DNA of 64,000 bases from Candidatus Giovannonibacteria bacterium RIFCSPHIGHO2_12_FULL_44_22 (GCA_001778695.1 MFHU01000003.1:1521-65520), one strand, 5' to 3'; positions 45,878 to 54,978 are shown, counted from the stretch's first letter. Made by a program: numbers and translations. Notes: a model not told the origin generated them from the sequence alone.

Positions 45878-47311
45878 TCACCGTCCTCCTTTGTTGGTAT
45901 TGATTCCAATGAAATGCGGTTGATCGGCCGCTTCCACTTTCCTTTGGTTACTATCATTTCCATCGGCAATTCTTTTGCCGGTGTATGCCTCTACTCTTTT
46001 TCGGACATCTTCTTTTCTATCTATAAATTCTTGGCGGGGTTTTTTCCCACACCACCTAGGAAGAATGCCCCTTTGCATTTCCAACCACTCATTCGCTAAA
46101 GATTGAGGAACTTTAAGCTGGGTCATCTTCGCGGAGCTCCTGCCATTTTCTGCGACTATGACAGGAAAAGATATTGACACCAGAGCATCCTCCGTGTCTT
46201 CAGGAAACGGTACTTTGATCACCGGTTTGAGCCGGACGATTTCCGGCGGCTTTTCTTTTTTAGCCACGCCAACAACTCCAGTTTTTTCAATTGGCTGATC
46301 AGATGGCGGTTCCTTTGCTACAACGATCATGGCAACCCATTTCTTGCGGTCCTCAACTTGTTCGCGAGTGCTTACGTGAAATTCTACATTCGGCCTTCTG
46401 TCAGGATTTATAGCCTCTTTCACTTGGCCCGTAACTTTTTCAACTTCTCCCACAGACCAATTTCCATGAAATAAAATTAGTCCGCTTTCGGCCTTTTTCA
46501 CTATCTCTGTATCCTGATATCTGTTCTGAACGAGCTCTTTTCCTATTATTTTAGGATCGCACGGGGCGTCTTTATCTTCAAAGAAAAAGCTCCCGTACTG
46601 GACGTAATGTCCAAGAGCCAGGCGCGTCGTATAATCTTTAAGATCGGAATTTATGCCGTCTCCGACCTCCAGAATTAATTCGCGGAGAAAAACCATTACC
46701 AGCTGTTCTAAACAGCTTTTATTGATTATATTCCACGCTTCGCTTACCAATACATCCCTGTTCTCGATGTTATTATTGTATATCACAATCGTCGGAACAG
46801 CGTCTCGTATCGTATTTAAAGCGTCGTTGGCCCTGTTCATCCTGCCTTCAAATGGAAAGGGCATTGTGACTATTGTCAGCATGGGGATCTCTTTATCTTT
46901 CGCCATTTGCGCCACCGCTGGAACACCGCCAGTGCCCGTTCCGCCTCCGAGTCCCGCAACAATCAAGAGCGTTTGCAGTTTGTCTAAAAAATGCGATATC
47001 TCTTCTCTATCTTCTTCGATGGCTTTGGCTCCTATTTGCGGATCGCCACCAGCGCCCAGGCCTTTCGTTAGTTCATAGCCCAATTGGCACATGTACAACC
47101 TCTCGCTATTTTCCCATCCCTCGCAGCCTTTATTCTCTTGAAACAGTTTTAAATGTCCGGCATCTGTGTTCGCGGCCAAAATGTGCACGTGAGGATGATT
47201 TTCCGGCGGGAATGAATTAATTATTAGGCCGGCGTTGTTCACGCCGCACCCGCCAATAAACGCTATTCCTAAATTAACCGGACCTGTTTTTAGTTCTTTG
47301 TTTGGCTCCAT
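45878..47311 (-). CDS. ftsZ: FtsZ/tubulin-family GTPase with long charged C-terminal extension
   Basis: IGGCGVNNAG, NTDAGHL, AGLGGGTGTGGVPAVAQMAKD (tubulin signature GGGTGTG), T7-loop region. About 160 extra C-terminal residues rich in K/E/P. Confidence 0.8.
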   Translation of the reverse strand: MEPNKELKTGPVNLGIAFIGGCGVNNAGLIINSFPPENHPHVHILAANTDAGHLKLFQENKGCEGWENSERLYMCQLGYELTKGLGAGGDPQIGAKAIEEDREEISHFLDKLQTLLIVAGLGGGTGTGGVPAVAQMAKDKEIPMLTIVTMPFPFEGRMNRANDALNTIRDAVPTIVIYNNNIENRDVLVSEAWNIINKSCLEQLVMVFLRELILEVGDGINSDLKDYTTRLALGHYVQYGSFFFEDKDAPCDPKIIGKELVQNRYQDTEIVKKAESGLILFHGNWSVGEVEKVTGQVKEAINPDRRPNVEFHVSTREQVEDRKKWVAMIVVAKEPPSDQPIEKTGVVGVAKKEKPPEIVRLKPVIKVPFPEDTEDALVSISFPVIVAENGRSSAKMTQLKVPQSLANEWLEMQRGILPRWCGKKPRQEFIDRKEDVRKRVEAYTGKRIADGNDSNQRKVEAADQPHFIGINTNKGGR

Positions 47312-47706
47312 GTCATACTACCTCCATTTTTTTGGATTTTTGTTATTTTTAACCCTACTAAGAATTTTGGGCCGTTATTGGTCGTATCTCTAATGAAGAT
47401 CGTTGCCGCATTTTTGACCTCTTCTTTTTTGATTTCTTCGGAGAGCAAAGATATTTCAAGAACGATTCGTGAAAAGCGTCTTAAAATCAGACCTTCTCTT
47501 CTCCAAATTTTTTCAACGCGGGAATGGATTTTCATCCCGTCTCTAAGTCGAGGTGAAACAGAGTTTATGAAAAGATTGTGAAGAGTTTTCGCTAAACTCT
47601 TTCCATCTTCTTCAAGCTTATCGGTACGTTCTTTTTTCCCGATATATTTGATGTATGCAATAAACCCCGCAATCAGAACCGCAAAAAACACAAAGAATTT
47701 ATTCAT
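47290..47706 (-). CDS. small membrane-anchored hypothetical protein
   Basis: 138 aa with N-terminal TM helix. Lies upstream of, and overlapping, the ftsZ-like gene. Confidence 0.4.
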   Translation of the reverse strand: MNKFFVFFAVLIAGFIAYIKYIGKKERTDKLEEDGKSLAKTLHNLFINSVSPRLRDGMKIHSRVEKIWRREGLILRRFSRIVLEISLLSEEIKKEEVKNAATIFIRDTTNNGPKFLVGLKITKIQKNGGSMTWSQTKN

Positions 47707-47869
47707 TTTCCCCCCTTTTCTGTTATTCGGTTTTAGTTTGTTTATTTTCCTTTAGTTTTCAAGGTATTTGAACCTGAAACGATGCTAGCAAATAGCCGAT
47801 TTTCTGTCAATATCTGCTTTTTTATTTGAAATAAAAAATATATAATGGATATGTTAGCAGAAAATTATT

Positions 47870-48382
47870 ATGTCAAGGACAAGTTTTTACATCGGCGATC
47901 TGGTTTTAGGCGCGAACGACGGAATTATCACTTCTTTCGCCGTCATCTCTGGCGCGGCTGGAGCGGGGCTGCCAGCTTTTGTGGTTATTGTTTTGGGCTT
48001 GGCGAATTTGGTAGCCGACGGCATCTCCATGGGCCTTTCAAATTATTTATCTTTAGAGTCAATGAAAGAAGCCGAGGAAATGGTAGGTGTCAGTGAAAAA
48101 AGATTGGATCATCCTTCAAAGCATGGCTTGGCTACCGCGTTCGCGTTCAGCTCCGCCGGAATTCTCCCGCTCATTCCTTATTTTTTTAACATTTCTCCGA
48201 GTACGCAATTTTTTGTGGCGATTGCGGCAACGGCAATCTCTCTTTTTGCGGTCGGCGCTTCAAGGACAATCGTAACAGGCGCGCATTGGTTTCGCTCTGG
48301 CATGGAAATGCTTTTAGTGGGCGGGTTCGCTGCTCTGGCGGCTTACAGCGTGGGAGCGGCGGTCAAAGCATATCTCGGATGA
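47870..48382 (+). CDS. VIT1/CCC1-family membrane protein (putative iron/manganese transporter)
   Basis: GANDGIITSFAVISG...LANLVADGISMG motifs and TM topology. Confidence 0.78.
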   Translation: MSRTSFYIGDLVLGANDGIITSFAVISGAAGAGLPAFVVIVLGLANLVADGISMGLSNYLSLESMKEAEEMVGVSEKRLDHPSKHGLATAFAFSSAGILPLIPYFFNISPSTQFFVAIAATAISLFAVGASRTIVTGAHWFRSGMEMLLVGGFAALAAYSVGAAVKAYLG

Positions 48383-48888
48383 ACTTCTGCGACGCCTGTT
48401 TTTTTATTTACATATCTGGCCAAAACGAAAAGCAGGCTGGAAAGGCGGTTTAAATATGCGAGCGACGCCGGACTTATTTTTTCTTTTACGGATGCCACGC
48501 GCCTTTCGGCTTTCCGCGCGAGCGCCCTTGCGTAGTCTAGGCGCGCCGAAAGAGGATTGCCTCCGGGGATTGTAAATTTAGTTATTTGTCCGACGAAGCC
48601 ACCGAATTCATCAATTGTTTTTTCCAAATTTTTAGTTTTATCTTCGGCTAATGCCATATTTTTAGCCCCTCCGAGCTCAGCTTGTATTATAAACAAATTT
48701 TCCTGCGCGTTTTCCAGCGCGCTTTTAATGTTATCTCCGTCGGCCAGCGATTTACATACCCCCAAATACGAATTTAACTCATCTAGCGCGCCCAAAGCTT
48801 CAAACCTCGGGTCGGTTTTTGGTATTCTGTCGCCTGAACCGAAAAGTGCGGTTTGTCCGTTATCTCCTTGCCCTGTATAAAATCTCAT
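48343..48888 (-). CDS. PduO-type ATP:cob(I)alamin adenosyltransferase family protein
   Basis: [18 protein letters not shown]...DELNSYLG...[15 protein letters not shown] matches the Cob_adeno_trans pattern. Confidence 0.78.
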   Translation of the reverse strand: MRFYTGQGDNGQTALFGSGDRIPKTDPRFEALGALDELNSYLGVCKSLADGDNIKSALENAQENLFIIQAELGGAKNMALAEDKTKNLEKTIDEFGGFVGQITKFTIPGGNPLSARLDYARALARKAERRVASVKEKISPASLAYLNRLSSLLFVLARYVNKKTGVAEVHPRYALTAAPTL

Positions 48889-48903
48889 ACTATTATATTC
48901 TAT

Positions 48904-50229
48904 ATGAATAAAAAATATTTTATAGCTTTAGCTATCGCCAGTTTCCTTGTGGCTAGCGCGTCTTATGCGCACGATGTGGATTTGGGCGTTGACCCGGGCA
49001 CTTTACCCACAAGCCCATTTTATTTCGTTAAAGAGTGGCGGCGCGCTATCCAGCGGGTGTTTACTTTCAACGCCATCAAAAGGGCGGATTTGGAGCTCAA
49101 TATTTTAAACGAACGGGCGGCCGAGGCGCAAAAAATAAGCGAGGACGACTCGCAAAATATTGAGGCGGTGAAAAGCGCGCTCCAAAACTATATAGAGGCG
49201 CATAACCGCTTGGCTAATAAATTGAAGGCGCTTAAAGAAACCTCTCAAAATCCAAATATGGACAAATTGCTTGATAAGCTGGTTGAAAAAACCGCGAAAC
49301 ACAAAAAACTTTTTGAAGACGTCTCTAAAGAGTTTGATGATAACGACGAAATCAAAAAGCTCACGAAGTTCGCGCAAGACAACTTGGATGAAACAGTTTC
49401 TTTGGCCTCGGAAAAGGACGAAGAAAAAAAATTCTCCGAGCGCCTAAAGAAAGACGCCGAAGAGGAGATTGATGACAAAGAAGACGCTTACGAAAAAGTC
49501 GCGGAGCAGATAAAAGAGGCGGAGGAGAAGATAAATGAGCTTGAAAAGAAAATAATAAAGAAAGCGTCATCAACGCCGGAGCTTGCTACAAACTTGGCGG
49601 CGAAGCATTTAATGTCTGCTAAAGAGCATCTAGGCGCGGCTAAAAAAGCTTTTGAAGAAAAGAAATATGGCGAGGCATTCGGTCAGGCGCGCTCGGCAGA
49701 GGTTTTGGCCAGAAACGGAATGAAAGTTTTGGAACGTGAAGAAGAAGAGGAAGAAGAAAAAGAAGAAATTAAAGACGATAAAGATGATGAAGATTTTAGC
49801 AATGTAGTTTGCACTCAAGAGTTTAAGCCGGTTTGCGGGGCGGATGGAAAAACTTATTCCAATTCTTGCCATGCTAGAGTCGCGGGAATAACTATAAAGC
49901 GCGAAGGAGAATGCGCAGTTGCGCCCAGTCCGGTTTCTAGGGACGAATTGATGAGTGTTTTTGTGGTAATTGATGAAAGCGGAAAATTTTCGCCGAGGGA
50001 AATTAAAATAAAAAAAGGCGGGAAAGTTACCTGGGTCAATAAAAGCCAGAATCGAGTTTGGCCGGCGTCCAACCCGCATCCAATTCACACTGACTACTCC
50101 GGCTTTGACGCTTTGCGCGGCTTAGCTGCCGGAGAATCATATTCATTCACCTTTGAAAAAGTTGGCTCGTGGGGTTATCACGACCATTTCAACCCCGGCA
50201 CGAGAGGCGAGGTAAAAGTTGTTGAGTAA
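48904..50229 (+). CDS. secreted protein with coiled-coil region, Kazal-type inhibitor domain and C-terminal cupredoxin-like domain
   Basis: Signal peptide [22 protein letters not shown]. Kazal signature [22 protein letters not shown]...GEC. C-terminus [17 protein letters not shown]...[15 protein letters not shown] is cupredoxin-like. Confidence 0.6.
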   Translation: MNKKYFIALAIASFLVASASYAHDVDLGVDPGTLPTSPFYFVKEWRRAIQRVFTFNAIKRADLELNILNERAAEAQKISEDDSQNIEAVKSALQNYIEAHNRLANKLKALKETSQNPNMDKLLDKLVEKTAKHKKLFEDVSKEFDDNDEIKKLTKFAQDNLDETVSLASEKDEEKKFSERLKKDAEEEIDDKEDAYEKVAEQIKEAEEKINELEKKIIKKASSTPELATNLAAKHLMSAKEHLGAAKKAFEEKKYGEAFGQARSAEVLARNGMKVLEREEEEEEEKEEIKDDKDDEDFSNVVCTQEFKPVCGADGKTYSNSCHARVAGITIKREGECAVAPSPVSRDELMSVFVVIDESGKFSPREIKIKKGGKVTWVNKSQNRVWPASNPHPIHTDYSGFDALRGLAAGESYSFTFEKVGSWGYHDHFNPGTRGEVKVVE

Positions 50230-50242
50230 ATAGAAATTCTTA

Positions 50243-51148
50243 ATGAATAAAAAACTTTTAGCTTTTCTGATATTTTTGGCTTTGGGGGCTTACTTGATTT
50301 ACGGCAATTTTTTCAAGAACGCTCTGCCGGCAGTACCGGTTTACACTCCTAACAAGGTTGCGGAGCAGGCCAAAGACTTGCCCAAAAAAGAAGTTGCCGC
50401 CCCGCCACCATTAAAAGCCAAGAAAGAAGCGCCGACCGCCGAGATAATTTTGACTGCCGACGGAGTTTTCTTTCGGGCAAATCAAGAAAGAAAAAAAGCC
50501 GATTTGCCAGATCTGGCGCCAAATTCTAAACTTACAGCTTCTGCCTTGGCCAAAATCCGCGATATGTTTAAAAATCAATATTTCGCGCACGAATCGCCTG
50601 CGGGCAAAGGAGTCGGCGATTTGGCGGAAACAGAAGGTTACGATTTTATTTTAATCGGCGAAAATCTCGCCTTGGGAAATTTTGAAGGGGATAATGCGTT
50701 GGTGGATGCTTGGATGGCGAGTCCCGGACACCGCGCCAATATTTTGGGGAGCCGTTATAAAGAAATTGGCATCGCGGTGGGGCGGGGAATGTTTCCCGCC
50801 GAAGGCGGGTCCGCCTTTGGCGGAGAAATTCGGGAGACCTGGCTCGCGGTCCAGCATTTCGGGCTTCCGCTTTCGACTTGCCTCAAACCCGATGAAAATT
50901 TAAAAACCGGCATTGAATCTTTTGAAGCGCAGATTAAAAAATTAGGAGTTACTGCTTCGGCCCTTAAAGCCGAACTTGAATCCGAAAAACCGCAAAACAG
51001 AAACGAATACGAGGCCTATAACACCAAAGTTGAAGAATACAACGCTCTAGCTCAACAAATGAATTCTTTAATTGACCAGGTAAAGAGCATTATTCCTGTT
51101 TATAACCAGCAAATAAAAACATTCAACCAATGCGCGGGAATAAATTAA
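50243..51148 (+). CDS. secreted CAP/SCP/PR1-domain protein
   Basis: Signal/TM N-terminus. GENLALGNF...WMASPGHRANIL...YKEIGIAV is the CAP signature. Confidence 0.75.
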   Translation: MNKKLLAFLIFLALGAYLIYGNFFKNALPAVPVYTPNKVAEQAKDLPKKEVAAPPPLKAKKEAPTAEIILTADGVFFRANQERKKADLPDLAPNSKLTASALAKIRDMFKNQYFAHESPAGKGVGDLAETEGYDFILIGENLALGNFEGDNALVDAWMASPGHRANILGSRYKEIGIAVGRGMFPAEGGSAFGGEIRETWLAVQHFGLPLSTCLKPDENLKTGIESFEAQIKKLGVTASALKAELESEKPQNRNEYEAYNTKVEEYNALAQQMNSLIDQVKSIIPVYNQQIKTFNQCAGIN

Positions 51149-51741
51149 TTTCTACGTATTTTTTTAGCAGCTTTTTTTACTTGTGTTTTCCAGTTTTGGG
51201 AGGTGGTGTCAATTTCGGCAATAAATTTTATCGGCAATTTTTTTAGTAAAAATGTCCCGCCGTTTTTTTCAGACCATCGGTAGTGATGCGGAGTTCTTCG
51301 CCACATCTCGCGCAAAGCTACCACCGCGCCTTTATTTTTCCCCAGCCAATCGGTTGATGCGCCTCCAAATAAATCATTCGGCGTGTATTTTGCGGAAATT
51401 AGGCGACCAATCATGATATCCCGATCGGAGAAAACGCGGATGTAAAAAACTTTTATGCCGTTTGCCCGAGCCGTTTTTTCCAAACTTTTACATTTTTTGG
51501 GGTCAACAAAATCCGAATCCAAAACCACGCTTTGTTCATTTTTTAATGTTGAAGTAGCAGTTTTTTCAACAATATTTCTCACTTGCCCGAAATTTTTGCC
51601 GTGTTTTCTAAGCGCGACCCGAACAACATCTCCCTCTATTACTTTTGCGTTTATTGCTTTGGCCAATGCCTTAGCAACCGAACTTTTGCCTGAACCGACT
51701 AAACCGACTATCGCCACGACTTTAGGTTTTTTAGATTTCAT
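51145..51741 (-). CDS. P-loop NTPase, putative small-molecule or nucleotide kinase (AAA_33-like)
   Basis: VVAIVGLVGSGKSSVAKALA Walker A. About 200 aa. Confidence 0.55.
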   Translation of the reverse strand: MKSKKPKVVAIVGLVGSGKSSVAKALAKAINAKVIEGDVVRVALRKHGKNFGQVRNIVEKTATSTLKNEQSVVLDSDFVDPKKCKSLEKTARANGIKVFYIRVFSDRDIMIGRLISAKYTPNDLFGGASTDWLGKNKGAVVALREMWRRTPHHYRWSEKNGGTFLLKKLPIKFIAEIDTTSQNWKTQVKKAAKKIRRN

Positions 51742-51743
51742 GC

Positions 51744-52319
51744 TTGAATATTATCATGAAACAGGTTCCGCGCGCAATGGTTTTGGGTCAAAAATTTTTT
51801 AATCGGACGGCGATTAAGGTGGCGCGGGAACTTTTGGGAAAATTTTTATGCCGCCGAGCCTCACTTAGACGTCGGACGTCTAAGTGCTATATGGTCACTG
51901 AAACCGAAGCTTATGTCGGGCCGGAAGATAAAGCTTCGCACGCGCACAGAGGAAAAACTTTGCGTAATACTCCTATGTTTGGCCCCGCCGGCCGGTGGTA
52001 TGTTTATTTTACTTACGGAATGCATTGGATGCTCAATATTGTAACCGGATCAGATGGTTATCCGGCGGCGGTTTTAATCCGTGCTCTTGGAAGTCCGACT
52101 TCCCCTGGAAGTATGACTTCCGTAGACGGCCCAGGGCGCGTTACTAAATTTTTAAAAATTGATAGGCGTTTTAACGATAAAAGGGCTGATAAAAAGATTG
52201 GATTATGGATAGAAAACCATGGAATTAAAATAAAAAAGCATAAAATTAAAAGTATGCCGCGCGTGGGCGTAGATTATGCCGGAAAATGGGCAAAAAAACC
52301 GCTTCGCTTTACTTTTTAG
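51744..52319 (+). CDS. mpg: DNA-3-methyladenine glycosylase (Mpg/AAG family)
   Basis: ARELLGKFL...VTETEAY...ASHAHRGKT...MFGP...VYFTYGMHWMLNIV...AVLIRAL. Carries two in-frame repeat insertions. Confidence 0.85.
   Translation: MNIIMKQVPRAMVLGQKFFNRTAIKVARELLGKFLCRRASLRRRTSKCYMVTETEAYVGPEDKASHAHRGKTLRNTPMFGPAGRWYVYFTYGMHWMLNIVTGSDGYPAAVLIRALGSPTSPGSMTSVDGPGRVTKFLKIDRRFNDKRADKKIGLWIENHGIKIKKHKIKSMPRVGVDYAGKWAKKPLRFTF
51862..51886. repeat. 25-nt perfect palindrome CACTTAGACGTC-G-GACGTCTAAGTG inside mpg
   Basis: Related to the tsaD and rluA units (GACGTC core, ACTTAG/CAAGTG flanks). Encodes RRASLRRRTSKC, inserted between the LLGKFL and VTETEAY motifs. Confidence 0.75.
52089..52121. repeat. GGAAGTCCGACTTCC-CCTG-GAAGTATGACTTCC imperfect palindromic repeat inside mpg
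   Basis: Same GAAGTCCGACTTC unit as in valS. Encodes GSPTSPGSMTSVDG, inserted after the AVLIRAL motif. Confidence 0.7.
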
Positions 52320-52343
52320 TTGTTTCTCATCTATAATAAATAT

Positions 52344-52580
52344 ATGAAAAAAGTTTCAATTTACTCAACTCCCTGGTGCGTCTACTGCAAGATGGCCAAA
52401 AAGTTTTTTGAGGCCAATAAAATTGCTTTTGAAGAGCATGATGTTGCAACGGACGTCAAAAGCCGAGATGAGATGATAAAAAAAACCGGCCAGATGGGCG
52501 TTCCTGTGATTGATATCGACGGCGAGCTGACCATCGGCTTCGATCAGCCCAAATTAAAAGAGCTTTTGGGGTTAAAATAA
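52344..52580 (+). CDS. glutaredoxin-like protein (NrdH/YruB-like)
   Basis: VSIYSTPWCVYCKMAKKFF...GVPVIDIDGE has the thioredoxin fold with a CxxC motif. Confidence 0.8.
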   Translation: MKKVSIYSTPWCVYCKMAKKFFEANKIAFEEHDVATDVKSRDEMIKKTGQMGVPVIDIDGELTIGFDQPKLKELLGLK

Positions 52581-52586
52581 AAAAAT

Positions 52587-53648
52587 TTAGCTAAATTTCG
52601 CGCGGTCTTCCAGTTTGACGCTGAAAGACATATTTTTTCCGTGCCGCAGAACTCCGAGTTTCAGCTCGTCTCCGATCGCGCAGGTGTCCAAAACGTCTTC
52701 CAGGGTTTCTTTTTCCGTAATTTCTTTATTATTTGCGGTTAAAATTATGTCGTGCTCTTTTAAGCCCGCTTCATAGGCTGCGCTCCCTGGCAAAACGGCG
52801 TGATCTCCCGGGAGCTCTTCCCGCACAATGAGGGCGCCCCGCTCCACCGGAATTTTAAAATGCCGGCCGATATTTTTATTCAATAAAACATATCTTATTC
52901 CCAAAAATGGCGCCCGGATGTGCCCGTATTTTTTAATTTCATCCAGATCTTTTTTCGCGCGGTCAATCGGTATGGCGAATCCAATATTTTGCGCGCCGTA
53001 GACCACGGCCGCGTTGATGCCGATGGCGTTTCCTTCCAAATTTATCAATGGTCCGCCGGAGTTTCCGGGGTTTATCGCGGCGTCGGTTTGGATGAGTCCC
53101 CGCAACCTTTGCTGGTGACCTTCAATATCAGTAATGGCGGAAAGAAGCCGCGAAAGGCCAGAAACGATGCCGGTGGAAACCGTGTTTTGAAATTCTCCCA
53201 AAGCGTTGCCGATGGCGATGACGGTTCTGCCTAATTTTATATTTTTGGAAGTTCCCAAAGAAATTACGGTGAGATCTTTAGGCGGGTTCACGATTTTTAA
53301 TATGGCGATATCTGCCAAGGGGTCTGCTCCCACAATTTCCACGTCATATTTATCTTCTCCGATGACGGCTTTATAATGAGCTTCTTTATCTTGAATAACA
53401 TGTTTATTGGTAAGAATGATCCCGGATGAGTCCACAATAAACCCCGAACCGCCAGATACCGAAACATTGCCTTTTTTATCGGCTTCGCCGAAAAGTTTTT
53501 CTTCAAACATCTTCAGGTCCATGCCTATTTTCATTAAATCTTTTTCAACCAGTTCAACATTTTTGGAGGCGGCGATGCTTACCACTCCGGGAAGAACGCG
53601 CTCTATTATTTTTATAATTTTTTCTTCGTGTTCGGTCATCTTCTTCAA
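52587..53648 (-). CDS. htrA: HtrA/DegP-family serine protease with PDZ domain
   Basis: GSGFIVDSSGIILTNKHV (His), catalytic Asp region, GNSGGPL (Ser), C-terminal PDZ. Confidence 0.88.
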   Translation of the reverse strand: MKKMTEHEEKIIKIIERVLPGVVSIAASKNVELVEKDLMKIGMDLKMFEEKLFGEADKKGNVSVSGGSGFIVDSSGIILTNKHVIQDKEAHYKAVIGEDKYDVEIVGADPLADIAILKIVNPPKDLTVISLGTSKNIKLGRTVIAIGNALGEFQNTVSTGIVSGLSRLLSAITDIEGHQQRLRGLIQTDAAINPGNSGGPLINLEGNAIGINAAVVYGAQNIGFAIPIDRAKKDLDEIKKYGHIRAPFLGIRYVLLNKNIGRHFKIPVERGALIVREELPGDHAVLPGSAAYEAGLKEHDIILTANNKEITEKETLEDVLDTCAIGDELKLGVLRHGKNMSFSVKLEDRAKFS

Positions 53649-53680
53649 TATAACAAAAATTTATGCTATAAGGAAACTAT

Positions 53681-53752
53681 TGCCCCCATAGTTCAAGGGA
53701 TAGAACGAGGGACTCCTAAGCCCTAGATCTCCGTTCAACTCGGGGTGGGGGC
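53681..53752 (+). tRNA. tRNA-Arg (anticodon CCT)
   Basis: GCCCCCATAGTTCAAGGGATAGAACGAGGGACTCCTAAGCCCTAGATCTCCGTTCAACTCGGGGTGGGGGCA. Anticodon loop CTCCTAA. One mismatch at the base of the anticodon stem. Confidence 0.6.
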
Positions 53753-53796
53753 ACAATTTGACAGCATAGTTTGATAAAGATATGCTTTAAAATATT

Positions 53797-53970
53797 ATGG
53801 TCAAGAAAAAATTTAATGCGGTTTATGAATTAAACAAAGCGATAAAAAACGGTTTCGATGTTGCTAGAAAATCAGATACCGATAAGCTAATTGGACGCCG
53901 CGAATTTAAAAACGCCTTGGCGCGCATTTCTCTTTTGGAGAAAAAGGTTGGCGTAAAAAGCGGGAAATAA
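53797..53970 (+). CDS. hypothetical small protein (57 aa)
   Basis: ATGGTCAAGAAAAAATTT... ORF. Below the ORF-track size cutoff. Codon usage looks native. Low confidence. Confidence 0.25.
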   Translation: MVKKKFNAVYELNKAIKNGFDVARKSDTDKLIGRREFKNALARISLLEKKVGVKSGK

Positions 53971-54156
53971 AACCATATTTTAGGAGAAAAAAGAAAAGAA
54001 AATTTTTTCATAATGATTTTGGAACAGAAACTCGAAAAGGGTTTCTTTATTGTTTTGGTTGATTTTTCTTGGCATCTTTGTTAATGTAGTTTTAGTAATC
54101 AGCTGGATAATCTGACTGTGATCGTACATTCCCAACCGAAAAGGAGGTGAACGGAA

Positions 54157-54558
54157 ATGAAAAATGGTATCAAACTTCTCTTGGAGCCTGGGACTGGGGT
54201 GCGAGACTGGGTCAGGTATCAAACACTAAATGTCGAGATTGGCCGAGAACGGCTCAATGGAAGAAGTGTCAGTTTTGTTAAGATTCGCAATGGGGAAGCA
54301 CAGTTCTTTCCCAGTGGTGGTGTCGAGGTGAAGATGCCCGGCGCTGATGAGTTCCGGGTCGCGTTTCAACCACGGAAGGTTCTGGAGATTCGCGACCTAA
54401 AAGGGAGCCTCATCGAGCGTAACCACTATCTCTGCACCGAGTGCGCTACTCTCACCGGCAAAATGGAAAACTACGAGCCGAGTACCGTCGTCGCTGGTCG
54501 TGTGAATGCAAACTTCAAGTGCACCAAGTGCGGACATCAATGGGAGAAGAGGGTATGA
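54157..54558 (+). CDS. hypothetical protein with C-terminal zinc ribbon, encoded by a high-GC cassette
   Basis: 133 aa. CTEC...CTKCGH zinc ribbon. Elevated GC. Strong AAAGGAGGTG Shine-Dalgarno. Candidate promoter TTGGCA-N17-TTAGTA upstream. Confidence 0.55.
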   Translation: MKNGIKLLLEPGTGVRDWVRYQTLNVEIGRERLNGRSVSFVKIRNGEAQFFPSGGVEVKMPGADEFRVAFQPRKVLEIRDLKGSLIERNHYLCTECATLTGKMENYEPSTVVAGRVNANFKCTKCGHQWEKRV

Positions 54559-54732
54559 CATCTTCCTTCTGTGCTCCCGATCCAAGGGGCCGTGCGCGAA
54601 TTCTTGCGCCGGCTCTTTTTCTTTTCAAAGAATTTGCCGCCAAACCCACCAAAAGTTTCGTATTTAGGCGGGCAGAGAAAAACTTGAAATTGGCAACTGG
54701 AAATTTTGGCCGATAGATGCTAGTATAAAAAC

Positions 54733-54978
54733 ATGAATAATTGGTTTTATGGTTCATATGGCCATTGGGCCAGCCCCTTTTGGGGAGGATTTGGCGTGGG
54801 ATTTTTGGCGCCGATTTTATTGGTTTTGATTCTGTGGAGTTTCTATTGGAAAACCAGAGCCTTGTGGCGCGCCGCCAAAAACGGGGACAAAGCTTGGTTT
54901 GTCGTTTTGATTTTGGTCCAATCCCTCGGTCTTCTGGACATTCTCTACCTCTACGTTTTCGGCAAAAAATCGGAGTAA
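54733..54978 (+). CDS. small two-TM membrane protein
   Basis: 81 aa with two hydrophobic helices (FGVGFLAPILLVLILWSF, WFVVLILVQSLGLLDILYLYVF). Confidence 0.4.
   Translation: MNNWFYGSYGHWASPFWGGFGVGFLAPILLVLILWSFYWKTRALWRAAKNGDKAWFVVLILVQSLGLLDILYLYVFGKKSE

Noticed and set aside
27696-52121. Possibility that the GACGTC-containing palindromes are restriction sites (AatII-like) or a CRISPR array
   Set aside because: The Type III R-M system present recognises asymmetric sites. The repeats are longer composite palindromes and are dispersed singly inside genes with no regular spacing. No cas genes are present, so this is not CRISPR.
53823-54011. 62-aa minus-strand ORF in the tRNA-Arg / cassette intergenic region
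   Set aside because: Overlaps a plus-strand 57-aa ORF with more native-looking codon usage. Neither is strongly supported, and the minus-strand one has poorer start context.
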